Source of the DNA: Eledone cirrhosa
Taxonomy: Eukaryota
DNA: 64,000 bases
Direction of reading: 5' to 3'
Assembly: GCA_964016885.1 (NCBI GenBank)
Contig: OZ024741.1
Span: 211,234,001-211,298,000, forward strand
In this document: one piece after another, positions 13,423 through 25,615 of the stretch
How positions within the stretch are numbered: the stretch's first letter is position 1
Layout of the letters: each line of letters begins with the position of its first letter
Translations under genes and position numbers: made by a program
The notes under the pieces: generated by a model
What the model was told of the DNA's origin: nothing
Databases searched by the model: none
Seen by the model: the letters and a program-made list of their open reading frames with translations, nothing else

Positions 13423-14618
13423 TGATGGTGGTAGGAGAGAGAGAGAGATGGTGGTGGTAGTAGCAGAGAGAGAGACTGTGGTGGTGGTAGGAGAGAGAGA
13501 GATGGTGGTGGTGGTAGGAGAGAGAGATGGTGGTGGTGGTAGGAGAGAGCGAGATGGTGGTGGTGTTAGGAGAGAGAGAGAGAGAGAAGGTGATGGTGGT
13601 AGGAGAGATAGGATGTTGGTGGTGGTAGGAGGGAGCGAGAGATGGTGGCGGTGGTAGGAGAGAGATAGAGAGAGTGAGATGGTGGTGATGGTAGGAGAGA
13701 GAGTGAGATGTTGGTGGTGGTAGGAGAGAAAGAGAGGGATGGTGGTGGTAGGAGAGAAAGAGATGGTGGTGGTGGTAGGAGAGAGAGAGAGAGAGAGAGA
13801 GACGGTGGCGGTGGTAGGAGAGATAGAGATGGTGGTGATGGTAGGAGAGAGAGAGATATGGTGGTGGTGGTAGGAGAGAGAGAGAGATCGTGGTGGTGGT
13901 ATGAGAGAGAGAGATGGAGGTGTGGTGGTAGGAGAGAGAAAGAGATGTTGGTGGTGGTAGGAGAGAGAGAGAGATCGTGGTGGTGGTATGAGAGAGAGAG
14001 ATGGTGGTGTGGTGGTAGGAGAGAGAAAGAGATGTTGGTGGTGGTAAGAGAGAGAGAGAGATGGTGGTGATGGTAGGAGAGAGAGTGAGATGTTGGTGGT
14101 GGTAAGAGAGAAAGAGAGGGATGGTGGTGGTGGTAGGAGAGAGAGTGAGATGTTGGTGGTGGTGGTAGGAGAGATGGTGGTGATGGTAGGAGAGAGAGAG
14201 ATGGTGGTGGTAGGAGAGAAAGAGATGGTGGTGGTGGTAGGAGAGTGAGAGATGGTGGTGGTGGTAGGAGAGAGAGAGATGGTGGTGATGGTAGGGGAGA
14301 GAGAGAGATGGTGGTGGTAGGAGAGAAAGAGATGGTGGTGGTGGTAGGAGAGTGAGAGATGGTGGTGGTGGTAGGAGAGAGAGAGATGGTGGTGGTGGTA
14401 GGAGGAGAGAGAGATGTTGGTGGTGGGAGGAGAGATATAAGGAGAGAGAGATGGTGGTGGTAGGAGAAATATAAAGAGAGAGGGGAGGAGTATGATGTTA
14501 TGAGGGAGTAATAACGTCGTACTTGATGGGATCAGAAAAATATTATCAAAACAATCACAACACAAAACCTTTCGCCATCACAAGAATATTGTCAACTATA
14601 AATACGACTACGACTACG

Positions 14619-14669
<51 letters not shown>

Positions 14670-14670
14670 G

Positions 14671-14755
<85 letters not shown>

Positions 14756-16046
14756 AGTAGTAGCAGCAGCAGTAGTGTTGGTTATTAAATCAACTATGGT
14801 GCTGAAAGGTTGTGTTGGTGAGGTTTACCGTATGAAATCTGGTGATATATTTCGGCTGGAGAATTTAGAAGACATTGTCACTGATATTGTAAACTGTGGT
14901 GGTGGTGACGGTGGTGGTGGTGGTAGTGGTGGTGGTTGTGGTGGTTGTGATGGTGATAGTGGTGGTGGTGGTGGTGGTTGTGGTGATGGTTGTGGTGGTG
15001 GTGATGGTGGTGGTGGTGGTGGTAGTGGTGTTGATGGTGGTGGTGCTGGTGGTGGTAGTGATGGTGGTGGTGGTGGTGATGGTGATGGTTGTGGTGGTGG
15101 TGGTGGTGGTGGTAGTGGTGTTGATGGTGGTGGTGCTGGTGGTGGTAGTGATGGTGGTGGTGGTGATGGTGATGGTTGTATGGGTGGTAGTGGTGGTGGT
15201 GGTGGTCGTGGTGATGGTGATAGTGGTGGTGGTGGTGGTTGTGGTGGTTGTGGTGGTGGTGATGGTGGTGGTGGTGGTGGTGGTGGTAATGGTGTTGATG
15301 GTGGTTGTGCTGGTGGTGGTAGTGATGGTGGTGGTAGTGGTGATGGTGATGGTTGTGGTGGTGGTGATGGTGGTGGTGGTGGTGGTAGTGGTGTTGATGG
15401 TGGTGGTGCTGGTGGTGGTAGTGATGGTGGTGGTGGTGGTGATGGTGATGGTTGTATGGGTGGTAGTGGTGGTGGTGGTGGTGATGGTGATAGTGGTGGT
15501 GGTGGTGGTGGTGGTTGTGGTGATGGTGATGATGATAGTGGTGATGGTGGTGGTGGTAGAGGAGATATTGGACTTCCTAAAGGTAGTAGTGGTAGTGATG
15601 GTGGTGGTTGTGATGGTAGTAGTGTTGGAGATGGCAGTAGTAGTGGTCATGTTAGTGGTAGTGGTGGTAGTAGTGGTAGTGATGGAGATATGATGGTCGT
15701 ATTGTAATGGCAGACATAACAATGACAGAAGTGACATTAGTAAGTTGGGCTGCATGTGGTGGTGGTGGTAATGGTGAGGAGTGGTGGAGTTGGTGATGAG
15801 ATGGTAGTAGTCGTTGTGGGGGTTGGTGATGGCTGTTGTGGTGGTAGTACTGGAGGTGATAATGGTGGAGGTGGTATTGGTGGTGGTAGTGATGGTTGTG
15901 GTGGTGTTGGTGGGGTAGTGATGGTTGTGGTGGTGGTGGTGGTAGTACTGAAGGCGATAATGGTGGAGGTGGTGTTGGTGGTGTTGGTGATGGTGATGGT
16001 GCTAATTAGTGTCGTGGTGGTGATGGTAGTGATGGTGGTGATGATG

Positions 16047-19000
16047 TTAGTGATGGTTGTGGTGATGGTGGTGGTGATGGTAGTGATGGTTGTGGTGGTG
16101 GTGTTGCTGATGGTAGTGATGGTTGTAGTGGTGATGTTGGTGATGGTAATGATGGTTGAGGTGGTAGTGGTGGTGTTGGTGATGGTATGATAGTGGTGGT
16201 GGCGGTGTTGGTGATGGTAGTGACGGTTGTGGTGGTGTTGTTGGTGATGGTAGTGATGGTTGAGGTGGTGGTGATAGTAGTGATGGTTGAGGTGGTAGTG
16301 TTGGTGATGGTAGTGATGGTTGAGGCGGTGATGTTGGTGATGGTAGTGATGGTTGAGGTGGTAGTGTTGGTGATGGTAGTGATGGTTGAGGTGGCGGTGT
16401 TGGTGATGGTAGTGATGGTTGTGATGGTTTTGATGGTAGTGATGGTTGAGGTGGTGGTGTTGGTGATGGTAGTGACGGTTGAGGTGATGGTGGTGGTGAT
16501 GGTAGTGATGGTTGAAGTGGTGGTGTTGGTGATGGTGGTGATGGTTGTGTGATGGTGGTGGTGATGGTCGTTATGGTTGTGGTGGTGGTGTTGGTGGTGG
16601 TAGTGATGGTGGGGATTCTGGTGGTGATGGTAGTGATGGTTGTGGTGGTTGTGTTGGTGATGGTAGTGATGGTTGTGGTGGTTGTGTTGGTGATGGTAGT
16701 GATGGTTGTGGTGATGGCGTTGATGATGGTGGTGATGGTGATGATGCTAATTGTGGTGATGGTGGTGATGGTGGTGGTGGTATTGATGATGGTGGTGATG
16801 GTGGTGGTGGTAGTGTTAATGATGGTGGTGATGGTGATGATGGTGGTGGTGCTGGAGGCAATAGTTTTGGTGGTGGTGTTGGTGATTGTGGTGATGGTGG
16901 TTATGGTTATGGTAGTGGTAGTACTGGAGGGTGTGGCAGTGGAGTTGGTGTTGGTGATGGTTGTGATGGTGGTGATGGTTATGGTAGTGGTAGGGGTGAC
17001 AGTGGAGATGGTGTTGGTGGCAGTTCTGATGGTGGTTGGTGTTTGTGTCATGGTGGTAATACCAAGGGCAGAAGTGACATTAGTATATGAACTTGGTAAA
17101 GAGGATGGTATGGGTTGGTAGTGATGGTGGTGATGGTTATGGTAGTGGTAATAGTGGAGGCGATAATTGTGGTGGTGGTGCTGGTTTTGATGGTGGTTGG
17201 TGTTTGTGTCATGGTGGTCACACCAAGGCAGCAATGACATTAGTATATGAGCTTGGTAAATGAGGTGGTATGGGTTGGTGGTGGTAATAGTGGTTATGGA
17301 GCTGGTGTTGGTTGTGGTGTCGGTGGTAGTTGGCGTTTGTGTAATGGTGGTCAGAACAAAAGATACGTTGGCGTTGAGAGCTAGGATGCGGAAGGGTGAG
17401 GTGGTATGGGTTGTTGTTGTTGGTGGTGGTGTTGTAGGTGTTGTTGTAGGTGTTGTTGTTGGTTTTGGTGGTGTTGTTGTTGCTGTTGTTGGTGGTGATG
17501 TTGTTGGTGTTGTTGTTGGTGTTGTTGGTGGAGGTGTTGTTGGTGTTGTTGTTTGTGGCGTTGGTGTTGTTGTTGGTGGTGTTGTAGGTGTTGTTGTTGG
17601 CGTTGTTGTTGGTGGTGTTGGTGTTGTTGGTGTTGTTGTTGGTGTTGTTGGTAGTGTTGGTGTTGGTGTTTTTAGTGGTGTTGTTGATGTTATTGGTGGT
17701 GTTGTTGCTGTTGTTGGTGTTGTTGTTGGCGTTGTTGTTGGTGTTGTTAGTGGTGCTGTTGTTGGTGTTGTTGTTGTTGGTGTTGTTGTTGGTGTTGTTG
17801 TTGGTGTTGTAGGTGTTTTTGGTGGTGTTGGTGTTGTTGGTGTTTTTGGTGTTGGTGTTAGTGGTGTTGTTGGTGTTGTTGGTGTTTTTGTTGTTGGTGT
17901 TGTTGTTGGTGTTGTTGTTGTAGTTGGTGGTATTGTTGGTGTTGTTGGTGTTGGTGTTGTTGTTGGTGTTGTTGGTGTTGTTGTTGTTGGTGGTGTTGGT
18001 GGTGTTGTTGGTGTTGTTGTTGGTGTTGTTGTTGTTGGTGTTGTTGGTGTTGTTGTTGTTGGTGGTGTTGTTGGTGTTGTTGGTGTTGTTGTTGGTGTTG
18101 CTGTTGGTGTTGTTGTTGTTGTTGGTGTTGGTGGTGTTGTTGGTGTTGTTGTTGGTGTTGTTGTTGGTGTTGTTGGTGTTGTTGTTGTTGCTGGTGTTGT
18201 TGGTGGTGTTATTGGTGGTGTTGTTGTTGGTATTGTTGGTGTTGTTGTTGGTGTTGTTGTTGTTGTTGGTGTTGTTGGTGGTGTTGTTGGTGTTGGTGTT
18301 GTTGTTGGTGTTGTTGTTGTTGTTGGTGTTGGTGTTGGTGTTGCTGGTGGTGGTACTGGTGTTGGTGTTGGTGTAGTTGTTGTTGTTGGTGTTGGTGTTG
18401 GTGTTGGTGTTGTTGGTGGTGGTACTGGTGTTGGTGTTGGTGTAGGTGTTGTTGTTGGTGTTGTTGTTGGTGTTGTTGTAGTGATGGTAGTGTTAGTAGC
18501 GGTGGTGGTAGTGATGGTAGTGTTACTAGCGGTGGTGGTAGTGGTGGTAGTGTCAGTAGCGGTGGTGGTAGTGTTGGTAGTGTTAGTAGCGGTGGTGGTA
18601 GTGGTGGTAGTGTTAGTAGCGGTGGTGGTAGTGTTGGTAGTGTTAGTAGTGGTGGTGGTAGTGTTGGTAGTGTTAGTAGCGGTGGTGGTAGTGATGGTAG
18701 TGTTAGAAGCGGTGGTGGTAGTGATGGTAGTGTTACTAGCGGTGGTGGTAGTGGTGGTAGTGTCAGTAGCGGTGGTGGTAGTGTTGGTAGTGTTAGTAGC
18801 GGTGGTGATAGTGTTGGTAGTGTTAGTAGAGGTGGTGGTAGTGTTGGTAGTGTTAGTAACGGTGGTGGTAGTGTTGGTAGTGTTAGTAGCGGTAGTGGTA
18901 GTGTTGGTAGTGTTAGTAGCGGTGGTGGTAGTGGTAGTAGCGTTAGTAGCGGTGGTGGTAGTGTTGGTAGTGTTAGTAGCGGTGGTGGTAGTGATGGTAG

Positions 19001-19589
19001 TGTTAGAAGCGGTGGTGGTAGTGATGGTAGTGTTACTAGCGGTGGTGGTAGTGGTGGTAGTGTTAGTAGCGGTGGTGATAGTGTTGGTAGCGTTAGTAGA
19101 GGTGGTGGTAGTGGTGGTAGTGTTAGTAACGGTGGTGGTAGTGCTGGTAGTGTTAGTAGCGGTGGTGGTAGTGTTGGTAGTGTTAGAAGCGGTCGTGGTA
19201 GTGTTGGTAGTGTTAGCAGCGGTGGTGGTAGTGTTGGTAGTGTTAGTAGAGGTGGTGGTAGTGTTGGTAGTGTTAGTAACGGTGGTGGTAGTGGTGGTAG
19301 TGTTAGTAGCGGTGGTGGTAGTGGTGGTAGTGTTAGTAGCGGTGGTGATAGTGTTGGTAGTGTTAGTAGAGGTGGTGGTAGTGTTGGTAGTGTTAGTAAC
19401 GGTGGTGGTAGTGGTGGTAGTGTTAGTAGCGGTGGTGGTAGTGTTGGTAGTGTTAGTAGCGGTGGTGGTAGTGGTAGTAGCGTTAGTAGCGGTGGTGGTA
19501 GTGTTGGTGGTAGTGGCCGTAGCGGTGGTGGTATTGACAGTAGTGGAAGAGGTGTGTATATTAATGACACCAATGACAATAATGTCCAT
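16047..19589 (-). CDS. Possible Thr/Pro-rich mucin-like ORF (unverified; may be non-coding repeat)
   Basis: 1180-codon open frame with TNTTNTTTTA and PTT repeats. The opposite strand is also open, so openness alone is weak evidence. Confidence 0.25.
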   Translation of the reverse strand: MDIIVIGVINIHTSSTTVNTTTATATTTNTTTTATNATTTTTTATNTTNTTTTATNTTTTTTTVTNTTNTTTTSTNTTNTITTATNTTTTTTTATNTTTTTTTVTNTTNTTTTSTNTTNTTTTAANTTNTTTTASNTTNTTTTATNTTSTTTTVTNTTTTTTTSTNATNTITTATNTTTTTTTASNTTITTTTASNTTITTTTATNTTNTTTTATNATTTTTTATNTTNTTTTATNTTNTTTTVTNTTNTTTTSTNTTNTITTATNTTNTTTTATDTTTTTTTASNTTITTTTASNTTITTTTATNTTNTTTTTTNTTNTTTTATNTTTTTTTATNTTNTTTTATDTTTTTTTASNTTITTTTATNTTITTTTPTTTPTTTPTPTPTPVPPPTTPTPTPTPTTTTTPTPTPVPPPATPTPTPTTTTTPTTTPTPTTPPTTPTTTTTPTTTPTIPTTTPPITPPTTPATTTTPTTPTTTPTTTPTTPPTPTTTTTPTATPTTTPTTPTTPPTTTTPTTPTTTTPTTTPTTPPTPPTTTTPTTPTTTPTPTTPTIPPTTTTTPTTTPTTKTPTTPTTPLTPTPKTPTTPTPPKTPTTPTTTPTTTPTTTTPTTAPLTTPTTTPTTTPTTATTPPITSTTPLKTPTPTLPTTPTTTPTTPTPPTTTPTTTPTTPPTTTPTPQTTTPTTPPPTTPTTTPTTSPPTTATTTPPKPTTTPTTTPTTPPPTTTTHTTSPFRILALNANVSFVLTTITQTPTTTDTTTNTSSITTITTTNPYHLIYQAHILMSLLPWCDHHDTNTNHHQNQHHHHNYRLHYYHYHNHHHHHYQPIPSSLPSSYTNVTSALGITTMTQTPTTIRTATNTISTVTPTTTITITTITTITNTNSTATPSSTTTTITITTITTITNTTTKTIASSTTTIITITTIINTTTTTITTIINTTTTITTITTISIITITTIINAITTTITTITNTTTTTITTITNTTTTTITTITTRIPTITTTTNTTTTTITTITTTITQPSPPSPTPPLQPSLPSPPPSPQPSLPSPTPPPQPSLPSKPSQPSLPSPTPPPQPSLPSPTLPPQPSLPSPTSPPQPSLPSPTLPPQPSLLSPPPQPSLPSPTTPPQPSLPSPTPPPPLSYHHQHHHYHLNHHYHHQHHHYNHHYHQQHHHHNHHYHHHHHHHNHH
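18470..19520. repeat. 30-bp minisatellite gtggtggtagtgttggtagtgttagtagcg (~35 copies)
   Basis: Strict 30-bp register is visible across the 60-nt lines. Confidence 0.93.
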
Positions 19590-20512
19590 TAACTGGGTAG
19601 GGAGGGGTCATCCTTTGTCTTGCTGTAGTAGTGGACGTCACCCAACTGATAATACACATATTTCTTCGTTTCTTAGGTTTATTCTTTGACCTTAACTTTC
19701 GCATGCAACCCTTTGTGTTGTTGCTGTTGTTGTTGTTGTTGTTGTTGTCGTTGTTGCTTTTGTCGTTGTTGTTGCTGTTGTTGTTGTAATTGCTGTTATT
19801 GTTGTTGTTGTCGTTGTTGTCGTTGTTGTTGTTGTTGCTGTTGTCGCTGTTGTTATTGTTGTTGTCGTTTGTTGTTGTTGTTGTCGTTGTTGCTGCTGTA
19901 GTTGTCGTCGTTGTCGTTGTTGTTGTTATTGTTGTTGTAATTGCTGTTATTGTTGTTGTCGTTGTTGCTTTTGTTGTTGATGTTGTTGTTGTAATTACTG
20001 TTATTGCTCTTGTAGTTGACGTTGTTGTTGGTGTTATTGGTATTATTGCAGTAATTGTTGTGGTTGTTGTGGTTGTTGTGGCTGTTGATGTTGTTGCTGT
20101 TATTTGTTGTTGTTGTTGCTGCCGTCGTTGTTGTTGTTATTGTTGTCGTTATTGTTAGTCATGCTTCTGTTGGTGTCGTTGTTGCAGTTGCTGTTATTGT
20201 TGTTGTCGTTGTGGCCATTGCTGCTGTTGACGTTGTTACTGCTGTTGTCATCGTTCTTGCTGTTGTTACTGTCGTATTTGTTGTTGTTGCTGTTATCGTT
20301 GCTGTTGATGCCGTTGTTGACGTTTTTGTAGTTGATGTTGTTGTGTTGCTGTCGTAATAGATCTTTCTGCTGGTATAATGTGTCTCCGTGCCTGTCTTTG
20401 ACAGCATTTGGCTGTTCTAGCGGCTGTTCTAGTGATCAGTTTCCTCACTTTCTTGTGTATTCAAATACACTCTAGCTTCGTCTCTATCAGAGATAATATA
20501 TATATATATATA

Positions 20513-21082
20513 AAAAAACATGAGAAGAAAGAATACTGCGTGGTTGCACATGGGTTACATATGATAAAAATAGTCCTTCATCAGTGATTTTCCAACCTTC
20601 ATTGGTATGTCATCACTTTAAAAATCATATACCTGCAGTTGGTGCGAGCAATAGCTAAATAAAGCTATTGGGACAAGTAAATCGCGTAAAGCGAGCGAGA
20701 CAAGTAAACAAACATAGAAGGTTAGCAACGCAAAGATAGGAAAAAAGAAGCATGTGGGAGTCCGATCAGCTTTAGCTGTGTGGATTTCATGGGCGAGAGA
20801 CTACAGACCGTACGACACGAGTGAGGTGTGAGCAGGAAAAGCCCCCACTACAGGCCAAACGGGTGGAAGTGAGAAGGGGAGAAGCAGAGAGTGAGTGAGT
20901 AGAAGTGCGAGGAAGAGGCCAGTCGAGAGAAAGTGTAACTGATAGAGGGGGCGAAAGAAGGTGAGAGAAACAGAGAGAGCGGGTAAGCAGTAAGAGAGAA
21001 ACAGACAAACGCAGCTGGGGAAAAAATATATAAAAAACATGAGAAGAAAGAATACTGCGTGGTTGCACATGGGTTACATATG

Positions 21083-21085
<3 letters not shown>
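20513..21085 (-). mobile_element. Non-coding mini-element with ~55-bp direct repeats (period ~518 nt)
   Basis: aaaaacatgagaagaaagaatactgcgtggttgcacatgggttacatatgataa occurs at ~20514 and ~21032; (TA)n flanks; related to 45976-46750. Confidence 0.8.
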
Positions 21086-21164
<79 letters not shown>

Positions 21165-21235
21165 CACCTCAAATTAAACACCTCAAATTTAAAAAGTATA
21201 AATCCGTCTTTCAAAAGGACCTTGATTCTACCCTA

Positions 21236-23356
21236 TTGGACCTAAAAAAGTCTAAAAAAATCCATGTCCACTCGGACAAAACTGGTAACTTGTATCACAT
21301 GGATATTGAACATTATAATGAGTTCATATATAAAGAACTCAGGAAAAATTATAAAAAATCTAATAATGCGTCACTCACCAACATCAACAACAAAACACAC
21401 AACATAGTAAAAAAACTAAACATTGAAGATAGAACTGAACCTTTGGCATTGAAAAGACCACACTTCAACCTGAAGGATCATAAATCAAACTTTAACTCAA
21501 ATCCTTCTATAAGACTTATATGTCCCTCCAAATCAGATATTGGAATAATTAGCAAAAAAATTTTGGATAGAGTCATCCCACAAATAAGAAAACACGTTAT
21601 TTTACCACTCTGGGAAAACACCTCCCAGGTAATTAACTGGTTTAAAAATATTAGATGTAAATCTTCTGCTTCATTTCTACAATTTGATATAGATAATTAC
21701 TATTCTTCTATATCACCTATACTCCTGAACAAAGCATTGATATTTGCTAAAAATAGATCTAACTTAACTTTGGATGACATTAATATTATTACACATGCTA
21801 GACTAACACTTATTGAATTTCAGAATGAATACTGGACCAGAAACACATATAGTAATCTATTTGATATTACTATGGGTTCAAGCGATTCCGCCCAAATTAC
21901 TGATCTTGTGGGCCTCTTTCTCCTTTTCAACATAAATGCCTCCTTTCCCCACCTTAAAGGTGGTTTATATCGTGATGACTGTCTTCTTCTTTCCAACAAC
22001 CTTAGCCTTTCAGAAATAGAAAAAAACAAAAAGCATATTAGAACTTTCCTTAAAGACTATTATAATCTTCATATTACTTTTGAAAAAACAAGTAAAGTAG
22101 TAAATTTCCTAGATATAACTTTAGATTTAGCTACGGGTATCTACCAACCTTACCATAAACCAAACCAAAACTTACATTACATACACTCACAATCTAATCA
22201 CCCTAAATCTATCCTTAAAAACCTTGCATATAATATATCACTTAGAATTTCTAACCTTTCTTCTAACCAAGATGTATTTGATAAAAATGCGACCTTCTAT
22301 AACGAAGCTCTAGATAGAAGTGGCCACAAAAATAGATTAGAATATATACCTTCTACTAAAAATACTAAAAACATACAACCTAATATTACCAACAAACACC
22401 AAATGAAAAGTACACACCTAAATGCCACCCACACTATACCCCAAAATACCAAATCTTCTAATATAAAATATAGTAACTCTCAAAAAACTACTCATCATAC
22501 AACTCTAATAAATATTAATAATAAAACTCCTAATAAAAAAGATAAAACACCTAAATCTACAAATATAACTAAAAATGGTTGTGGTGAGATCATTAACATT
22601 AATCCTCCTAGTAAACATCACGATACAACCTATAAAAATAATAAAAATAATAAACAACATAGAAACCGTAATAGACGGGTTACTTGGTATAATGCTCCAT
22701 TTAATTTACAAATTAAGGATAATATTGCTAAAAAAAATTTTTATATCCTAGAGAAAAACTTCCCGCCAAACCACAAATACCATCAAATCTTAAATAGGTC
22801 TACAGTTAAATTCTCATACTCAACAACAAATAACATAAAACAAAATATAAGTGCCTATAATGCATATAAATGTAAGAAAACCATAAGTATACCACCAATA
22901 CATCAAACTAACCATAATATCTCCTCAAATACAGAATTAACGAAAGGTTGTAACTGTAGAAACAAAGCAAACTGCCCATTAAAAGGGAATTGTCTTGTTA
23001 ACAACATAGTCTATAAATGTAATGTTAAAACTAAAGATTCTATTTGCTCATATATAGGAGCTACTTCTAACAATTTTAAGACAAGGTTTAATACCCACAA
23101 GCATAGTTTTAAAAATGCCGCACTGGCTAATACAACATCTCTAGCAGAAAAAATCAATAGTTATAAAAATAAGAATATAGAATATGATTTGACCTGGAGT
23201 GTGCTCAAAAGAGCCACCCCTTATCAAAATAATAGAAATGAATGTAGATTATGTTCCCAAGAACTATTTGAAATAATGAAATCTAAGGATATCCTATTAA
23301 ATAAACGACAGGAATTAATTATATCGTGTAATCATAAACTAAAAAAAAACATTTAA
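21236..23356 (+). CDS. Penelope-like retroelement protein: reverse transcriptase plus C-terminal GIY-YIG endonuclease (5'-truncated, uninterrupted over 706 aa)
   Basis: RT motifs FLQFDIDNYYSSI, ITMGSSDSAQITDLVG, LYRDD, NFLDITL, YHKPN..YIHSQSNHP. Then CNCR..CPLKGNC, IVYKC..YIGATS..FKTRFNTH, CRLCSQE, LLNKRQEL..CNHK. Starts just after (TA)n with no ATG start. Confidence 0.93.
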   Translation: MDLKKSKKIHVHSDKTGNLYHMDIEHYNEFIYKELRKNYKKSNNASLTNINNKTHNIVKKLNIEDRTEPLALKRPHFNLKDHKSNFNSNPSIRLICPSKSDIGIISKKILDRVIPQIRKHVILPLWENTSQVINWFKNIRCKSSASFLQFDIDNYYSSISPILLNKALIFAKNRSNLTLDDINIITHARLTLIEFQNEYWTRNTYSNLFDITMGSSDSAQITDLVGLFLLFNINASFPHLKGGLYRDDCLLLSNNLSLSEIEKNKKHIRTFLKDYYNLHITFEKTSKVVNFLDITLDLATGIYQPYHKPNQNLHYIHSQSNHPKSILKNLAYNISLRISNLSSNQDVFDKNATFYNEALDRSGHKNRLEYIPSTKNTKNIQPNITNKHQMKSTHLNATHTIPQNTKSSNIKYSNSQKTTHHTTLININNKTPNKKDKTPKSTNITKNGCGEIININPPSKHHDTTYKNNKNNKQHRNRNRRVTWYNAPFNLQIKDNIAKKNFYILEKNFPPNHKYHQILNRSTVKFSYSTTNNIKQNISAYNAYKCKKTISIPPIHQTNHNISSNTELTKGCNCRNKANCPLKGNCLVNNIVYKCNVKTKDSICSYIGATSNNFKTRFNTHKHSFKNAALANTTSLAEKINSYKNKNIEYDLTWSVLKRATPYQNNRNECRLCSQELFEIMKSKDILLNKRQELIISCNHKLKKNI

Positions 23357-23834
23357 ATATTATAAACCTAATTAATAACATTATTTTAGAAATTAATATA
23401 TAATTTAATTTAAATGTTGGTTAACCTATAAATTTAATTTAATTAAAACTCTACTACAGATGAGAATATAAAATATTGTGTAATCATAAATTGTGAAAAA
23501 CCTTTAAATATTACTAATATATACTTAGTAATTTAATTTATAGATTAATTTTAATTTATTTAACCCTTTATTAAAATTCCTTTACAGATAAAATATAACA
23601 AAATATCGTATATTCAAGGACAGAGAAATAATTTTTAGTATTATAGACCTAATTAATATACATTTTAGAAATATATTTATAATTTGGTTTTAAATTTAGT
23701 CAACCTAAAAATTTAATTTATTGGCTTAAAATTAGTATCCTAATACAGACGGATTGCAGAGTGTCATGTAATCATAGAATGGGATGTGTTTTGGATGTAT
23801 ACCTAATTGATATATTCTTTGCAATTTTTGAAAA

Positions 23835-24561
23835 AATATGTATATGTATGTATATATATGTATATGTATGTATGTATATATATGTGTGTATATATATATA
23901 TGTATGTATATGTATATATATATATGTATTAGTTTTGATTTCTGTTTACATATAATTATATTCTGCTATTGATAAAATACAATATCTGTTTTATTTATTA
24001 TATACCTAATTAACATATACTATAGAAATTAATATATAACTTTTAATTTAGTTAACCTATAATTTATATTCTACTACTGATGTAATACTTTATTTGTTTT
24101 TTCCCTATTACTAAATTCATTTCCTAATATTGATACCATAACGTTAATAATTTTAATTTAGTTATACTATAATTAATACTCTACTACTATTTAACTTCAA
24201 AATTCTGCTTCAAATATTATAAACCTAAGTAATTTACACCTTAGAAATCAATATGTTAACTATCTTTAGTTTAGTTAACCTATAATTAATGGTATACTTA
24301 TATTGAAATGCATAATTTTGCATTTCCTAATACTGAAACTTTGTAAACACATATTTAGATCCAAATACAGATTAATATTCTATGTTTCTTGAAACATATA
24401 TTTACTATAATCCCCTTCTCCCCCCCTTCCCCCCTACTATTATTATCTGTATTTGTAAGCGTGTATGTATGAATATATATGTAGGTAGGTGTATATATGT
24501 TTGGGTGTTTATATCTAAGTATAAAAATACATATATGCGCATGCAAATAAGGATGTATGAT

Positions 24562-24592
<31 letters not shown>

Positions 24593-24608
24593 GCATGTAT
24601 ATATATAC

Positions 24609-24640
<32 letters not shown>

Positions 24641-25370
24641 GTGTGTGTGCGTGTATGTATGTATATATATATGTGTGTATGTATGTGTGTGTATATATGT
24701 GTATGTATATGTATGTCTCTCTATATATATGTGTATCTTCGTATCTATGTGGGTATATGTGTGTATGTGTATATGTGTACGTATGCGCGCATATATATGT
24801 GAGTGTGTGTGTGTGTGTATATATATGTATGTCTATGTATGTATATATTTGTATATGTATATATATATATTATTTATTATTATAATATAATTTATGTGTA
24901 TATGTATATATGTGAAAATGTGTATATATGTATATATATATATAAATATATATGTGTATGTGTGTCTTTGTGTGTGTGTATATATATGTATATATGTGTG
25001 TATGTATGTGTTTGTATGTGTGTTTATGGTTGTATGTGTGTGTGGGTATATATATATATATATGTATGTATATATATATATATGTGTGTATATATGTATA
25101 TGTATATACCTTTTTCTTTGTAATGTCTGAGTTGTGTGAGAGTGTAGTGGTGTTTGTATGTATATACGCATATATGGATGCGTATGTATTTGTATATATG
25201 CGTATATGTAAGTGCGTATGTGTGTGTGAATATATATCTATGTCTATGTATGACTATGTATGTGTGTGTATGTATGTGTGTGTGTATGTATGTATGTGTG
25301 TATGTGTGTATATATTTGTGTATATGTATGTATGTATGTGTATGTATGTATGTATATATGTATATATATG

Positions 25371-25402
<32 letters not shown>

Positions 25403-25562
25403 TATATTTATTATATATGTATGTGTGTGTATGTGTGTATTATATATCTTTATATATGTGTATGTGTATGTATGTGTAGGTGTGTGTGTGTGACTATATA
25501 TGTATGTGTGTATATGTGTATGTATGTATATGTATGTGTGTGTACATATATATATATGTATA

Positions 25563-25615
<53 letters not shown>

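Larger units (their letters stand above)
9850..20360. repeat. 10-kb low-complexity block: (GTA)n/(GGT)n/(GTT)n triplet arrays plus GT-rich and GA/GGT minisatellites
   Basis: Directly visible. Subarrays at ~10920-11870, ~12160-14460, 14605-14756 (CTA)n, ~16200-16550 (33-bp unit) and 18470-19520 (30-bp unit). Confidence 0.95.
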
